Shown here: in pieces, positions 10,607 through 20,439 of the stretch
Layout: the number at the start of each line of letters is the position of its first letter
Position numbering within the stretch: the first letter of the stretch is position 1
Virus record (IMG/VR): IMGVR_UViG_3300033463_000060
Source: an uncultured virus (IMG/VR IMGVR_UViG_3300033463_000060)
Lineage: Duplodnaviria; Heunggongvirae; Uroviricota; Caudoviricetes
Direction: 5' to 3' (one strand)
DNA length: 64,000 nucleotides
Program-made: the position numbers and the translations under genes
The notes under the pieces: model-generated
The model's database searches: none
What the model saw: only the letters and a program-made list of their open reading frames with translations
What the model was told of the DNA's origin: nothing

Positions 10607-10687
10607 ATGGTTAAGAAAGAGATTAGGGGAAGTTTCCCAGGATTTCCCCTAATTTACTTTCTTTCAACATTGTAAAATACGGCGAAT

Positions 10688-11053
10688 ATGATATGGAATT
10701 ATGGAAAAAAGAAAAGACGATTACAGATGGCACAGCAAGGAATCAAAGCAACGAGTAAGAATAGCTTGAAATGGCAATGCCTATATTGTGCGAAGGGCGA
10801 CTTGAAAGAAGCAAAGGAACTTTACGACTTCCTGGCTTCTGACATGCCCGACTTGCCAGATTTTGATCCCGTGCCATTGACGTGGCAGCAGAATACAGCA
10901 CAGACCATTAATGGTATCATGGACTGGCTGAAGAATAATGGTCCCACTATTCAGCAGGCGTACCAGTACGTGCAACAGATTATTGCCAACCGTGGCGTGC
11001 TACCATCAGTTGCAACAGATACTCCCACTGAACCACTACCACCTATTAACTAA
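10688..11053 (+). CDS. Hypothetical protein
   Basis: ORF in operon. Confidence 0.75.
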   Translation: MIWNYGKKKRRLQMAQQGIKATSKNSLKWQCLYCAKGDLKEAKELYDFLASDMPDLPDFDPVPLTWQQNTAQTINGIMDWLKNNGPTIQQAYQYVQQIIANRGVLPSVATDTPTEPLPPIN

Positions 11054-11064
11054 TTCACGGTATT

Positions 11065-11265
11065 ATGAATGTATATCCCATTACAATTAAGATTTACGCC
11101 AACGACGAACAAGAGGCGCAGCGGGCTCAGCAGGCCCTTGGACAGTTCGTCAACGACATGGGCGCACTAGGCATTGCAGTAACTGGCAATAAGGTTGCTG
11201 AAGCGGTGCCAAGGTGGAACAAAAACGTCTTAATCAAGAATCAGATTATTAACCACTTCAAGTAA
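11065..11265 (+). CDS. Hypothetical protein
   Basis: ORF in operon. Confidence 0.7.
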   Translation: MNVYPITIKIYANDEQEAQRAQQALGQFVNDMGALGIAVTGNKVAEAVPRWNKNVLIKNQIINHFK

Positions 11266-11271
11266 AAAGAC

Positions 11272-11589
11272 ATGGAACAGAATCAAACCCAGAATACACA
11301 GACTCAGCAGCAGTTCAAATGTCCAGGAAACTGCCTGCAATGTATGCCTGCGCAACGTCAGTATTGTGCTTCGCAGCATGCTTATAGCAACATGATAGTT
11401 CTTGATAAGGCAATGGCTGTTCTTACTTCTATGCAAGGTCAGATAGAGAATATGCAGGGAACGGTGAAAGAACTGGCAGAAAAGATTGAAGCCATCCAGA
11501 ATAGTGAGGCTGAAGTATTTGCACCTAATAGTCAGGTGGCAGAGCAGTCCGAACTATTTCCTAAAGAAATAGAGAAAAGCAACAAGTAA
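11272..11589 (+). CDS. Hypothetical protein with CxxxCxxC motif and coiled coil
   Basis: KCPGNCLQCMPAQRQYC. Confidence 0.75.
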   Translation: MEQNQTQNTQTQQQFKCPGNCLQCMPAQRQYCASQHAYSNMIVLDKAMAVLTSMQGQIENMQGTVKELAEKIEAIQNSEAEVFAPNSQVAEQSELFPKEIEKSNK

Positions 11590-11662
11590 AAAAAGCACAA
11601 GACGGGGACGGTGCATAGAAATAGAGCCCCAAGATAGTTAACAACACAAAAACTAAAGTATT

Positions 11663-12130
11663 ATGAACTGTAACTGTAATTGCAAGAACGGATCCGACAG
11701 TCAGGACTTCCTGCTGTCGAGCCCCACAGCGGGCACGTATGTACTCGGACTGACGCATAACACATGCGGCTGTCGTAAGATGGCTTTGAGCGACCCCGCT
11801 CGCCCCGTCATCGCCAACCTCAGTATTGCCGCCGTCGGCCAGCCTATCGACGTAGGCAACTCGATGTATTGTCAGGAGTGTCTTGTGTCTGGCACTGTTA
11901 CCTACTGCCCCTGCGGCTCGTGCGAACCTCGCACGGAGTACGTCAGCTACCAGTGCTGCCTGCCCTGCACGTCGGCCACTCAGCCCACACTTACGCTCGG
12001 CGAGGTGAAGGCCAGCCCGAAACCGATTAAGTATTACATCAACAACGGCTGTGGCTGCTGTCAGGGAACACGTCCATGCACCAACCAGATTGCCATCACC
12101 ACATCAATCGAAGTAACAGCTGGAGCGTAG
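11663..12130 (+). CDS. Very Cys-rich beta-sheet protein
   Basis: Multiple CxC and CC clusters. Confidence 0.75.
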   Translation: MNCNCNCKNGSDSQDFLLSSPTAGTYVLGLTHNTCGCRKMALSDPARPVIANLSIAAVGQPIDVGNSMYCQECLVSGTVTYCPCGSCEPRTEYVSYQCCLPCTSATQPTLTLGEVKASPKPIKYYINNGCGCCQGTRPCTNQIAITTSIEVTAGA

Positions 12131-12131
12131 A

Positions 12132-12449
12132 ATGAACTTCTGGGATATTGCGGGCATTGTGTTTGCCTGCACCGCCGCCAACCACCTCGGACTGATTCAG
12201 ACCGTTCAAACGATAACAAAATGTAACCAGTTGCCGATTGTCAGTTGCGTGAAATGCTTCAGTTTCTGGACAGTGCTCTGTTACTGCCTTGTCGGAGACC
12301 TCGGTATCATCACCTCGCTCGCGATATCCTTCCTCTCTGCTTGGTCGGCCATCTGGCTCGACCTTCTCATGGGAATCATTGACTATTTATATATAAAGGT
12401 ATATGAGTCGTTTTATCCAACAACAGACAAAACCGACACCGACACGTAG
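12132..12449 (+). CDS. Small membrane protein with CxxC
   Basis: Hydrophobic segments, SCVKCFSFW. Confidence 0.7.
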   Translation: MNFWDIAGIVFACTAANHLGLIQTVQTITKCNQLPIVSCVKCFSFWTVLCYCLVGDLGIITSLAISFLSAWSAIWLDLLMGIIDYLYIKVYESFYPTTDKTDTDT

Positions 12450-12549
12450 CGTTCCTCGCACACCGTGTCCGGTGTGTGGCGCAGTTAGCGTTTCCGCTGC
12501 TTCTACAGCGGATGTTAAAGTTAAATCAACTAAAAAGAAGAAGAAATGA
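12403..12549 (+). CDS. Small basic protein with CPVCG (not in ORF track)
   Basis: MSRFIQQQ...TPCPVCG...KKKKK; its stop overlaps the next ATG (ATGA). Confidence 0.6.
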   Translation: MSRFIQQQTKPTPTRSVPRTPCPVCGAVSVSAASTADVKVKSTKKKKK

Positions 12550-13046
12550 CAGTAGAAGAAATGAAACAGGAGTTTTCTGAACTCTATGACATGATGGCCA
12601 TGAGCCATGATGTTGCTAATATGAGAGTGTTCGGTCAGGTCCACAAGGAAATGATGGAATGGATGATTCAGAACAAACCTGAACTTGCACAGGAATGGAT
12701 TGGCAAACTGGAGTGCATCAAGTGGCGTAACTACCTCACACCAAAGGAGGCCGAGAAAATTGTAGCCGACATGGGTTCAACAGCTCCGTGGAGTCGTGAC
12801 ACATGGAAAACTACAATGGAGGCGTTAGGCTTGTCTATGGATGACGCTCCGCATTACAATAGTTGTGCGCTGTGGGTGGAGATGAATAAGATGTATTCTT
12901 ATTTCGGCGAGGAGATAGCATCTTTACTCGGTAAAACTCTTGCGCCCACCGATGAGGATATTATCTCTGCTTGTTATAAGATGGCGCTTAAAACGCTTCG
13001 TGACAAGGATAGAATTTATAATATCCGTTCTTATTTTGGTCTGTGA
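12546..13046 (+). CDS. Hypothetical helical protein
   Basis: Last gene of the cassette, followed by a terminator at 13070-13110. Confidence 0.75.
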   Translation: MTVEEMKQEFSELYDMMAMSHDVANMRVFGQVHKEMMEWMIQNKPELAQEWIGKLECIKWRNYLTPKEAEKIVADMGSTAPWSRDTWKTTMEALGLSMDDAPHYNSCALWVEMNKMYSYFGEEIASLLGKTLAPTDEDIISACYKMALKTLRDKDRIYNIRSYFGL

Positions 13047-13169
13047 ATGTTCATATCGCCGTGAACGCAGGCGGGTTGCAGTTTCAAAACCTGTTGCCCG
13101 CCATTTTTTTGTCCGAGCACTTCTTACTTATTTACTATATTTGCAATAGTAATAAAAAAATAGTAAGAT

Positions 13170-13511
13170 ATGAACTCTTTATTAATTGATCTTTGGCCTT
13201 ACATCCTCACAGCAACGGTTCCATCAGTGGGAATCTATATTGGTTATATCCACCAAATGCGAATAAAAATAGCCGTCATGGAGAAAGCACTTGAAGCAAT
13301 ACAGCAGAACTTGGATAATATGCAAAAGCGTGTAGATAATCATTCTAAGAAGCAGGATGAAATATTAAACGCGATTAGTCAGCTGAAAGTTGAAATAGTA
13401 AAGGCTTTCTCTGACCAGGAAAAGCATATAAACTCTATTACCAATGATCAAGCCATCATTGCAACAGAGGTGAAGAACATCAATCACACATTATCTACAA
13501 TAGAAAAGTAA
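13170..13511 (+). CDS. N-terminal TM plus coiled-coil protein (lysis cassette-associated)
   Basis: TM helix then heptad repeats; late promoter at 13110-13143. Confidence 0.6.
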   Translation: MNSLLIDLWPYILTATVPSVGIYIGYIHQMRIKIAVMEKALEAIQQNLDNMQKRVDNHSKKQDEILNAISQLKVEIVKAFSDQEKHINSITNDQAIIATEVKNINHTLSTIEK

Positions 13512-13813
13512 TGAAACTCCTTAGAACTTTAAAATCGAGATGGCGTAATAAGATGCCGTTGTTTTTTACACGCTTAATGTGGCTTGCTGGTCTTGCCAGT
13601 GGTACGGCCATTACTATCCATGAGGTGTTTGAACATTACGGAATACAACCACATGAATGGTGGACTAATATGGAACAGTACTTGATAGGCGGTGGCGCTG
13701 GCGTGATGTTTGCCTGTAAGTTTACACAGAAGTATAGTGGCAAACCTATCGAGCGTTCGCAACAGCACAAGACAGATGATACTTGTCAAGAGGACGAAAC
13801 GGAAACGAATTAA
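13511..13813 (+). CDS. Putative holin
   Basis: 100 aa, basic N-terminus, two TM segments, charged C-terminus. Confidence 0.5.
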   Translation: MKLLRTLKSRWRNKMPLFFTRLMWLAGLASGTAITIHEVFEHYGIQPHEWWTNMEQYLIGGGAGVMFACKFTQKYSGKPIERSQQHKTDDTCQEDETETN

Positions 13814-13973
13814 ATTAATTAATAGATGACTTTAGGTTTTTTATTTTAGTTAATGTATTTATTTTCTTATTTTAGGGGAAACATCAGCGGATGTGTAGTT
13901 AAGTAGTTTTTATCATTCCTAACAAAAAGATTTAATCCTTTGGTCGGAGTCGCTGTGATAGCCGCTCCGATTT

Positions 13974-14201
13974 TTATATCTTTTTCTCTAATCGCTTGAT
14001 AATATTATAAACTTGTCGATCTGTAATGCTGTATTTTACTGCAAGCGAAAGAATTACTTCCTTCCTGCTGTTTGCAGTCTTTATCATTTCCGTGTAGTCA
14101 CACCACATATCAACATACTTGTAATCGTCCAGGCGAATACCTGCAAATTTCAGTTTTTTCATCACATCTGCGTTAAATAAAATTAAATCAGCTCTTCTCA
14201 T
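13974..14201 (-). CDS. Mor-like HTH protein
   Basis: LAVKYSITDRQVYNIIKR matches the Mor/C activator HTH pattern. Confidence 0.6.
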   Translation of the reverse strand: MRRADLILFNADVMKKLKFAGIRLDDYKYVDMWCDYTEMIKTANSRKEVILSLAVKYSITDRQVYNIIKRLEKKI

Positions 14202-14235
14202 GTTCTAACGAATTGAATTTTTTGTTATATTTGCA

Positions 14236-14376
14236 ATCTCTACTTTATTACTAAAACAAAAGGCACCCGGCATCAAAAACCCATTGGTGGGTTCTCGGTT
14301 GGCCGTGGTGCCATAGTAATAAAGTAGAGAGATAATTACGAAGAGCCGAGACCCACTATTTTTGTGGGCCTTTTTT
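14236..14376 (+). ncRNA. Putative structured small RNA
   Basis: TATATTTG promoter directly upstream, 17-bp perfect stem 14237-14253/14314-14330, inner stems, terminal hairpin plus T run; no ORF. Confidence 0.55.
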
Positions 14377-14422
14377 AAAGGTTTAGCTGCTATCTATTCT
14401 TATTTTTAATATCATATCATTT

Positions 14423-14968
14423 CTATATATGAAGAAGTGATTTTACTTCATTCCATGTAGCTATTTCCATTTCTTCTGTATTTGGATCATAAGTTCCAAT
14501 AGCCAATGGTTCAACTGCGGCTTCGGTGCTATCGGGAATAATAAAAAACTCAAATGGCTCAACTTTTGGTGGCTGCATATCGCTGAAATCAATACTCTGA
14601 CGTTTTGACCACTTGATACGTTCAATATCCGCACGCAGTAATTTGGGATTTTTGTCTATTGCTTCACGCAAGGCTGCAAGTTCCTCTTTTTGCATAAACT
14701 CTTCCCATAATTTCTGTGATGTTCGCCAATATGTGTACTGATATATAGCATGAATGCTGTTTACCCATCCTTCAACACCTTTTGCCATCAAGAGTACTGC
14801 AAGAGATTGCATGATATACAACCGATGCGACTTATCGTCAAACGACAACATACCACATTGAAACAACCGCTCTACCCATTGCCACGTTTGCAAAAGATCG
14901 TGCTGTTGTTTCAATGCTTGTTTCTGCTTGCGGCGGTCTTTCCACCATTTCCATAGGTTCATTCTCAT
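14423..14968 (-). CDS. Hypothetical protein
   Basis: ORF coupled to the upstream gene. Confidence 0.7.
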   Translation of the reverse strand: MRMNLWKWWKDRRKQKQALKQQHDLLQTWQWVERLFQCGMLSFDDKSHRLYIMQSLAVLLMAKGVEGWVNSIHAIYQYTYWRTSQKLWEEFMQKEELAALREAIDKNPKLLRADIERIKWSKRQSIDFSDMQPPKVEPFEFFIIPDSTEAAVEPLAIGTYDPNTEEMEIATWNEVKSLLHI

Positions 14969-15567
14969 TTTTCTTTTCTTTTTTTGCGGGTTTGTTTTTG
15001 GCTAGTCTGACTGTCCTGTTTTTCTTCATCTACGACATAAGCTCGTGCTTTGAAAAAGGCATCCCATGCTTCCATTATAGACCGTATGCCGTTACCTTCG
15101 GTTTTACCAAGCATTCCAGTGTATAATGTAAGACCTGGAGTTATAGTGTCATATATGCGTCCTTGTATAACTACAGTTCCATCAGGACCACTGAAAGCCA
15201 TCATCCCATCCGGAATACTGATTGCTGCGGCAAGTTCTATGCGTTCCATCAGCATATTGACGTCGCATTCCACTTTTTCCGAGAAATGTTTTAGAACGAC
15301 ATAGGGGATAGGGTCGGTAGTCAGTAGTCTGAACTTTGTTACCCACTCCAGACGAATGTACTTGGCTACAATATCCATCATCTTTTCGGTAAAGATTGGC
15401 ACAGCAAGCATCATTGTTCTTGGACGGTCGCCCGACATCAGCATGATATCCTTCATCCAGTGTTTCAGTGTTATGTCACCGCTGGTTTGCATCAACACCG
15501 CATGACCTTTGTTTTCTCTTAATAATTGGCCTACTTGACGTTCGGCGCAACATGGTTCGATATACAT
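14965..15567 (-). CDS. Hypothetical protein
   Basis: ORF behind the late promoter at 15590-15623. Confidence 0.7.
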   Translation of the reverse strand: MYIEPCCAERQVGQLLRENKGHAVLMQTSGDITLKHWMKDIMLMSGDRPRTMMLAVPIFTEKMMDIVAKYIRLEWVTKFRLLTTDPIPYVVLKHFSEKVECDVNMLMERIELAAAISIPDGMMAFSGPDGTVVIQGRIYDTITPGLTLYTGMLGKTEGNGIRSIMEAWDAFFKARAYVVDEEKQDSQTSQKQTRKKRKEK

Positions 15568-15623
15568 AATCTTATTTTTTTAGTTATTACAAAATTAGGC
15601 GAAAATACTATTTCTGTCGGACA

Positions 15624-17975
15624 TTATTTGTAATATCTCAGATGGGTGGTTATCCATGCAGAGATAAGTCGCTCAGCAAGGAACCCAGGCAGTCGCATTT
15701 GATAAGAAACGGTCTGAGCGTCGGCAGCAGAGAAGTCGCGGCGGGCTTTTTCTCTCCATCGTTCAATATCTCTTCCGCAACCTGTTGATTCGGCAAAGTC
15801 ATCGAGCAATGGAAATAGAAAATCGCCTAAAGCCATGAAGTCCTGCCAGTGCATTAGGAAACAGCAGTTGATAATCATGCGTGGTGATGTTAGTAGGTGT
15901 TGCACGTATGGATTTCCTTCTCCGTATCTGTGATTGATAAGTTCTATCATCAGGTCAAAGTCTTCCACGTTGTGACAGCGAGCATACTGATCGCGAACAG
16001 TTTCGCCGTAGCGTAGTCGAATTTGTTTGTAAATCATGCACTCACCCTTTTGCGGGAGGCGCACGGGGTTGAGTGGTCGGCGGTAGTGGGCAAAACCAAC
16101 GAGAGGCGAGGCGAGGCGATTGCGCCAGACATACCACATCGTCGTGAGTTCGCTCCAACACGGATTGAGGTAGTTGATATTTTTCAGCGGTGCGTCCTTA
16201 TGCACGGCAAAGAGTCGGTGATGCTCGTCCTCCTGCAGGTTGTACTCTGTGAGCAGGGCGTCGTTGTGGTAGGTCTGCCAGATGATGTAGTCGTTAGGAT
16301 TGTACTTTATCCATCCTTCAGGCAGGAGGTGTGTCATGGCGGGCTTCTTGGGGCTGGTGAACCACGGCCATGGACAGACGACGCGCTCGGCGTGGGTGTT
16401 CAGGAAAGCACCCCACCAAGAGAAGCTGCTGTTGGAGATGATGTTTCCCTTGCAGAGGGTTTGCAGATACAGGTCAATAAGTGGCTTCCATACTTTGTCT
16501 GTATGGCGGTCGGCAAAGATATATCGTTCACCCTTGAAGTTTTGGCGGCACCACTCTATGTCATCACTGACAAAGAGCACACGGGGATAGTCGGTATCAG
16601 GAAAGTAGAGTTCGAGCATTTCCTGTATCTCGTCGGCAGTGAGCACACGGAATCCGAAACGCTGGTGGGCAATGTAATCGCCACGTCGCACGTTGACGCA
16701 CACGCAGTCGCTCAGGTTGCCGTAGAGCTTCTTGATGGCGGTAATCACGGAGCGTTGTGGCGCAAATAGTTTCAAGGCTTCGTTGCGGTCGATGCAGCGG
16801 GCATCCTGGAAGTAATCGTTGAGCAGGACGTCGCGCTGGGGGAGGTCATTAGGGAAGCCGTTGCTGACGTATGGACCTTGTGTCATACGGAAGTAACCTT
16901 GCACCTCGGCTGGCTCCATATATTCCTCTTCCCGCATTACAGTATTGAACTGCTCTTTTGGATAGTCCCACTCGCGGGGCTTCTTACTACGGTCGTTATA
17001 TACAAGACCAACGTACTTACGACCTGTCTCACGGGCAAACTTTCGGGCGGCACAGGCGATAAACATCTGGTTGCCAAGGCGACCGAGAGCAATGGCAGCG
17101 ACGTGACCTGGCTGGGCGTTCCACTCACGGATGAAGGCCTCCTTTTCAGGAGTGCTGTCGTTGATCTTAAAGAAGAAATCTTTGAATACTTCCAGCGACT
17201 CCTCGTAGGTGCGGTCGGGGGTGCCTTTCTGCATCTTATTAGCCATCCATTCCTCGATAGTCTTGGTGGTGAAGTGTTTCAAATAGGCTACATCGTGGGA
17301 GTAGGGTATGCGTGATTTCTGACGTACAGGCTCACCGTGAGCATTGCAGCAATGAAGTGTAGGTGTGGTAGGCACGTGGGGGTTGCGGAGAAAAGACAAA
17401 CCAGCCAGCTTTCCACGCACAATACACTTCACGTGGTTGTTCTCTGGAAAATCTCCGGCGATACCTTTCTTACCTATTGGCATTGGCACTGTGAAGCGTT
17501 CCATCAGCGGTCGGCGGTCGTTCCTCACCAGTCCGCTGTCCGTCATGTTCATCCAGTTAATAAGCACGCAATTAAATGCCCCCTTGTCCTTCAGGAAAGT
17601 GTTTAGTGTTGAGTGTTTAGTGTTTAGTGCAGATAGTTCCCCTGCACTCCCCTCGGGTTCTCCCGAGGGCAAACACAAAAACTCATCAAAATCAAAGAAC
17701 GCCAGCCACCCATGCTTTCTCCCGAATCGGGCATAGCAGTCGTTGTAGGCGTCGCGCTGGGTGTTCTCGCCCTCGCGGTTGCGCCAGTCGATGATGGTGA
17801 CGAAGCCCTCGGCTATCTGCTCGCCGAGCACATCTTCAAAATGCTCCTCGCCGTCGTGGTTGTTGTCGTAGATGTAGATATGGTCGAAGCCGAGGGCGCA
17901 GTAGTGACCCACCCACTCTGGTGCGTACTGGTTCTCGCGCCTACCAATGGCGCAAAGGGCAATGCTTGTGTTCAT
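15624..17975 (-). CDS. Tri-domain glycosyltransferase: GT92/GT2-like + GT11 alpha-1,2-fucosyltransferase-like + DUF4422-like
   Basis: N: HIYIYDNN, AFFDFDEF; middle: GRLGNQMF, VNVRRGDY, FVSDDIEWC, NSSFSWWGA; C: WSELTTMWYVW, VGFAHYRR, RLPGFLAERL. Confidence 0.85.
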   Translation of the reverse strand: MNTSIALCAIGRRENQYAPEWVGHYCALGFDHIYIYDNNHDGEEHFEDVLGEQIAEGFVTIIDWRNREGENTQRDAYNDCYARFGRKHGWLAFFDFDEFLCLPSGEPEGSAGELSALNTKHSTLNTFLKDKGAFNCVLINWMNMTDSGLVRNDRRPLMERFTVPMPIGKKGIAGDFPENNHVKCIVRGKLAGLSFLRNPHVPTTPTLHCCNAHGEPVRQKSRIPYSHDVAYLKHFTTKTIEEWMANKMQKGTPDRTYEESLEVFKDFFFKINDSTPEKEAFIREWNAQPGHVAAIALGRLGNQMFIACAARKFARETGRKYVGLVYNDRSKKPREWDYPKEQFNTVMREEEYMEPAEVQGYFRMTQGPYVSNGFPNDLPQRDVLLNDYFQDARCIDRNEALKLFAPQRSVITAIKKLYGNLSDCVCVNVRRGDYIAHQRFGFRVLTADEIQEMLELYFPDTDYPRVLFVSDDIEWCRQNFKGERYIFADRHTDKVWKPLIDLYLQTLCKGNIISNSSFSWWGAFLNTHAERVVCPWPWFTSPKKPAMTHLLPEGWIKYNPNDYIIWQTYHNDALLTEYNLQEDEHHRLFAVHKDAPLKNINYLNPCWSELTTMWYVWRNRLASPLVGFAHYRRPLNPVRLPQKGECMIYKQIRLRYGETVRDQYARCHNVEDFDLMIELINHRYGEGNPYVQHLLTSPRMIINCCFLMHWQDFMALGDFLFPLLDDFAESTGCGRDIERWREKARRDFSAADAQTVSYQMRLPGFLAERLISAWITTHLRYYK

Positions 17976-18778
17976 AGCTTGTGGTGTTTTAGGTAGTAAT
18001 TAATAAAAGCCTCTTTTTCTGCCGTCCGTTCGTTAATGGTAAAAAAGTAGTCTCTGTATTTCTCGCGGAAGGTGTCGTAGGTGATGCCCGCCGCCCCCTT
18101 CTGCATCTTGTTCGATAGCCATTCCTCGATGGTCTTGGTCGAGAAGTGCTTCAGATAGGCCACGCTGGTGTCCTGCGGCTGATGGCGCTTCTGGATGGTG
18201 GGCTCGCCCTTGGGGGTGCAGCAGCTCAGGAACGGCTTGTAGGGCACGTGGACGCTGTTGGTGAATCGCAGTCCACTGATGCCGCCCCTCACGATGCACT
18301 TGCCCTGACCGCCGCCCCGCGTGGTGCTCTGGATGAACCGCTCCATCAGCGGTCGTCCGTCGTTATGCACCAGCCCGCTGTCCGTCATCATCAGCCACGG
18401 CACCATCACGGCTTGATAGTCCTGCGGGATAGTGGCGAGGAAAGTCTGCAGTGCCCCTGCACTCCCCTCGGGTTCTCCCGAGGGCAAAACCAAAAACTCA
18501 TCAAAATCAAAGAATGCCAGCCAGTCATAGTGAGATGAAACGCGCCGATAGGCATCGTTGTAGGCCGCCCTTTGCGCTTTCTCCTGGTTTCGATAGTCGA
18601 TGATGCTGACGCGCCCCTGCTCTACATAGTCCATGAGTACGTCAATAAACAGTTCCTCACCATCGTGGTTGTTATCATATATATAGATATGGTCAAATCC
18701 CAAGGCGAGGTGATGACCAACCCACTCGCGAGCATACTGATTCTCACGACGACCAATGGCTACAAGTGCTGTCTTCAT
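17972..18778 (-). CDS. GT92/GT2-like glycosyltransferase (paralog of the N-domain of the next gene)
   Basis: ENQYAREWVGHH..GFDHIYIYDNN, WLAFFDFDEF DxD motif. Confidence 0.85.
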   Translation of the reverse strand: MKTALVAIGRRENQYAREWVGHHLALGFDHIYIYDNNHDGEELFIDVLMDYVEQGRVSIIDYRNQEKAQRAAYNDAYRRVSSHYDWLAFFDFDEFLVLPSGEPEGSAGALQTFLATIPQDYQAVMVPWLMMTDSGLVHNDGRPLMERFIQSTTRGGGQGKCIVRGGISGLRFTNSVHVPYKPFLSCCTPKGEPTIQKRHQPQDTSVAYLKHFSTKTIEEWLSNKMQKGAAGITYDTFREKYRDYFFTINERTAEKEAFINYYLKHHKL

Positions 18779-19641
18779 AATCGTTTCTGTATTTCGCTGC
18801 GGATGGTGGCAGCAAGGTTGGTGATGTCGTTGACGGAATTGTTATCGTTGATGCAGAGCAGACCGTCGGCAGTGCGGATGGCCTGGATAATGTCGTTGAA
18901 GTCGGCATCGACGGAGAGATAGGTGCGCGGGGCGCGGTGGTCGATGTACTTGCCAGAGAGAATCTGATGCCAGGAGTAGATGTACTGGTTATAGTTCTGC
19001 GGCAGTCGGAAGCGCGTCACGCTGGCCTGCATCTGCTTGGGCCACCGCTGCCAGAACAGTTCGCAGGTAGCTTTCACCATCGGCACGATGTTATGGCCAA
19101 AGCGCAACCAGTGGTCATCGAAATGCTTGTCGAAGTGCGAGGCCACGAAGTTCAGCCCGTTCATGCACGCCACCTGAAAAGCACGCTCAGGATTGAACGG
19201 CTTTTCCCGATAATGCAGGCATGGCAGACCGTCGCGGAAGAAATCCTCCACGGGCATCGGCGCAATGGGAAACATGTCGTCGTTGCCATAGAGGAAATAG
19301 TCAGCGAGGTCTGGGATATTGTGCAGGTACATCTCAATAGCGCGGCTGTTGAACGTTGGCAGCACCTCTTTCGGCATGATGTCCTTGTGATATACCACGT
19401 GAACGCCATGTTTTCCAACCATCCACGGCTGCACCTGCGAGGGTCGCGCCAGAATAACATGGATAATCCTCACCCACGGCAGATTCTTGCGGATGCAGCG
19501 TATGAGCAACTCCTCCGTGCCCCACGAGCGGTAACGAGCCTCGCCCGTAGCCTTCTCTCTGAATCTACGGGCGCCGTCCAAATCAGCTTGCCATTTACTG
19601 TCTTCAGGAAAGACCATCGGCACTACATAGTCTATTGTCAT
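18775..19641 (-). CDS. Stealth-family hexose-1-phosphate transferase
   Basis: CR1 IDYVVPMV, CR2 RCIRKNLPWVR..PTFNSRAIE..IPDLADYFLYGNDDMF, CR4 CINDN; start taken at ATG 19641 behind the late promoter. Confidence 0.85.
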   Translation of the reverse strand: MTIDYVVPMVFPEDSKWQADLDGARRFREKATGEARYRSWGTEELLIRCIRKNLPWVRIIHVILARPSQVQPWMVGKHGVHVVYHKDIMPKEVLPTFNSRAIEMYLHNIPDLADYFLYGNDDMFPIAPMPVEDFFRDGLPCLHYREKPFNPERAFQVACMNGLNFVASHFDKHFDDHWLRFGHNIVPMVKATCELFWQRWPKQMQASVTRFRLPQNYNQYIYSWHQILSGKYIDHRAPRTYLSVDADFNDIIQAIRTADGLLCINDNNSVNDITNLAATIRSEIQKRL

Positions 19642-19772
19642 TTCTCCGTTCTTGATTATGTGCCAAAGATAACACCTTTTCTCTACCTGAACGGACAAGA
19701 ATACAGCCCCACAGTTTTTCTGTGAGGCTGTAAACAAATTGACTGATACATATATTTTACCTAAAAACCTAA

Positions 19773-20333
19773 TTACTCAGAAGAACTGTCATCTGCGAGC
19801 AGTGAGTCCCATCCGCCTGTCTGAGGCTCGGTAACGAACAGGTTGGGGTACTTCACGGGACCGAGAATGAAGTTCACGGTCGAGATGCGATCGTCTGAAG
19901 CGGCAGCGCCAGTGTCGGTGGTAGCGCCGCCCTGGTCGATGCGCACCTTCTTGTTGGGGTCGTACATAATCTGTGAGTCGCCAGAGGGGTCGGGGAAGAT
20001 GGCGAACCAGTCGAGGTTGTTCAGGGCGCGAAGAATCTTTGAGACCTTTTTGTCAACACCATCGAATACCATAGTACCCGTGATGTTGTAACCCTTGCGC
20101 TTACCTTGGCTCTCACCAGCAATCTTCTGGGCTTCCTCCTTCAGGTCGAACTTATACAGACCCTTGCCATCCTTAAAGACAGGAGTGGTATAAAGATTGT
20201 CGGTAGCCGTCATTGGAGTTGACAAGTCACCTCGCAGACCGATATATACGACCTCGCCAAGACCTGCCAGATTCTCCAAGCACTCTTCAGCTGAGCTGTA
20301 GTGCATTAGTGTAGGGCAATTAACTGTTGGCAT
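19773..20333 (-). CDS. Putative major tail tube protein
   Basis: 186-aa beta-rich protein directly after the capsid gene; biased codon usage suggesting high expression. Confidence 0.55.
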   Translation of the reverse strand: MPTVNCPTLMHYSSAEECLENLAGLGEVVYIGLRGDLSTPMTATDNLYTTPVFKDGKGLYKFDLKEEAQKIAGESQGKRKGYNITGTMVFDGVDKKVSKILRALNNLDWFAIFPDPSGDSQIMYDPNKKVRIDQGGATTDTGAAASDDRISTVNFILGPVKYPNLFVTEPQTGGWDSLLADDSSSE

Positions 20334-20439
20334 AATACTATTTTTTTATGAGTTTTTGTGTTGATTGAGAAAGAACAAAGGGGAGGGAACTTTTGTGGGC
20401 GATATATCACATTGAGTTCCCTAAACCCCTTCCGTGAGT

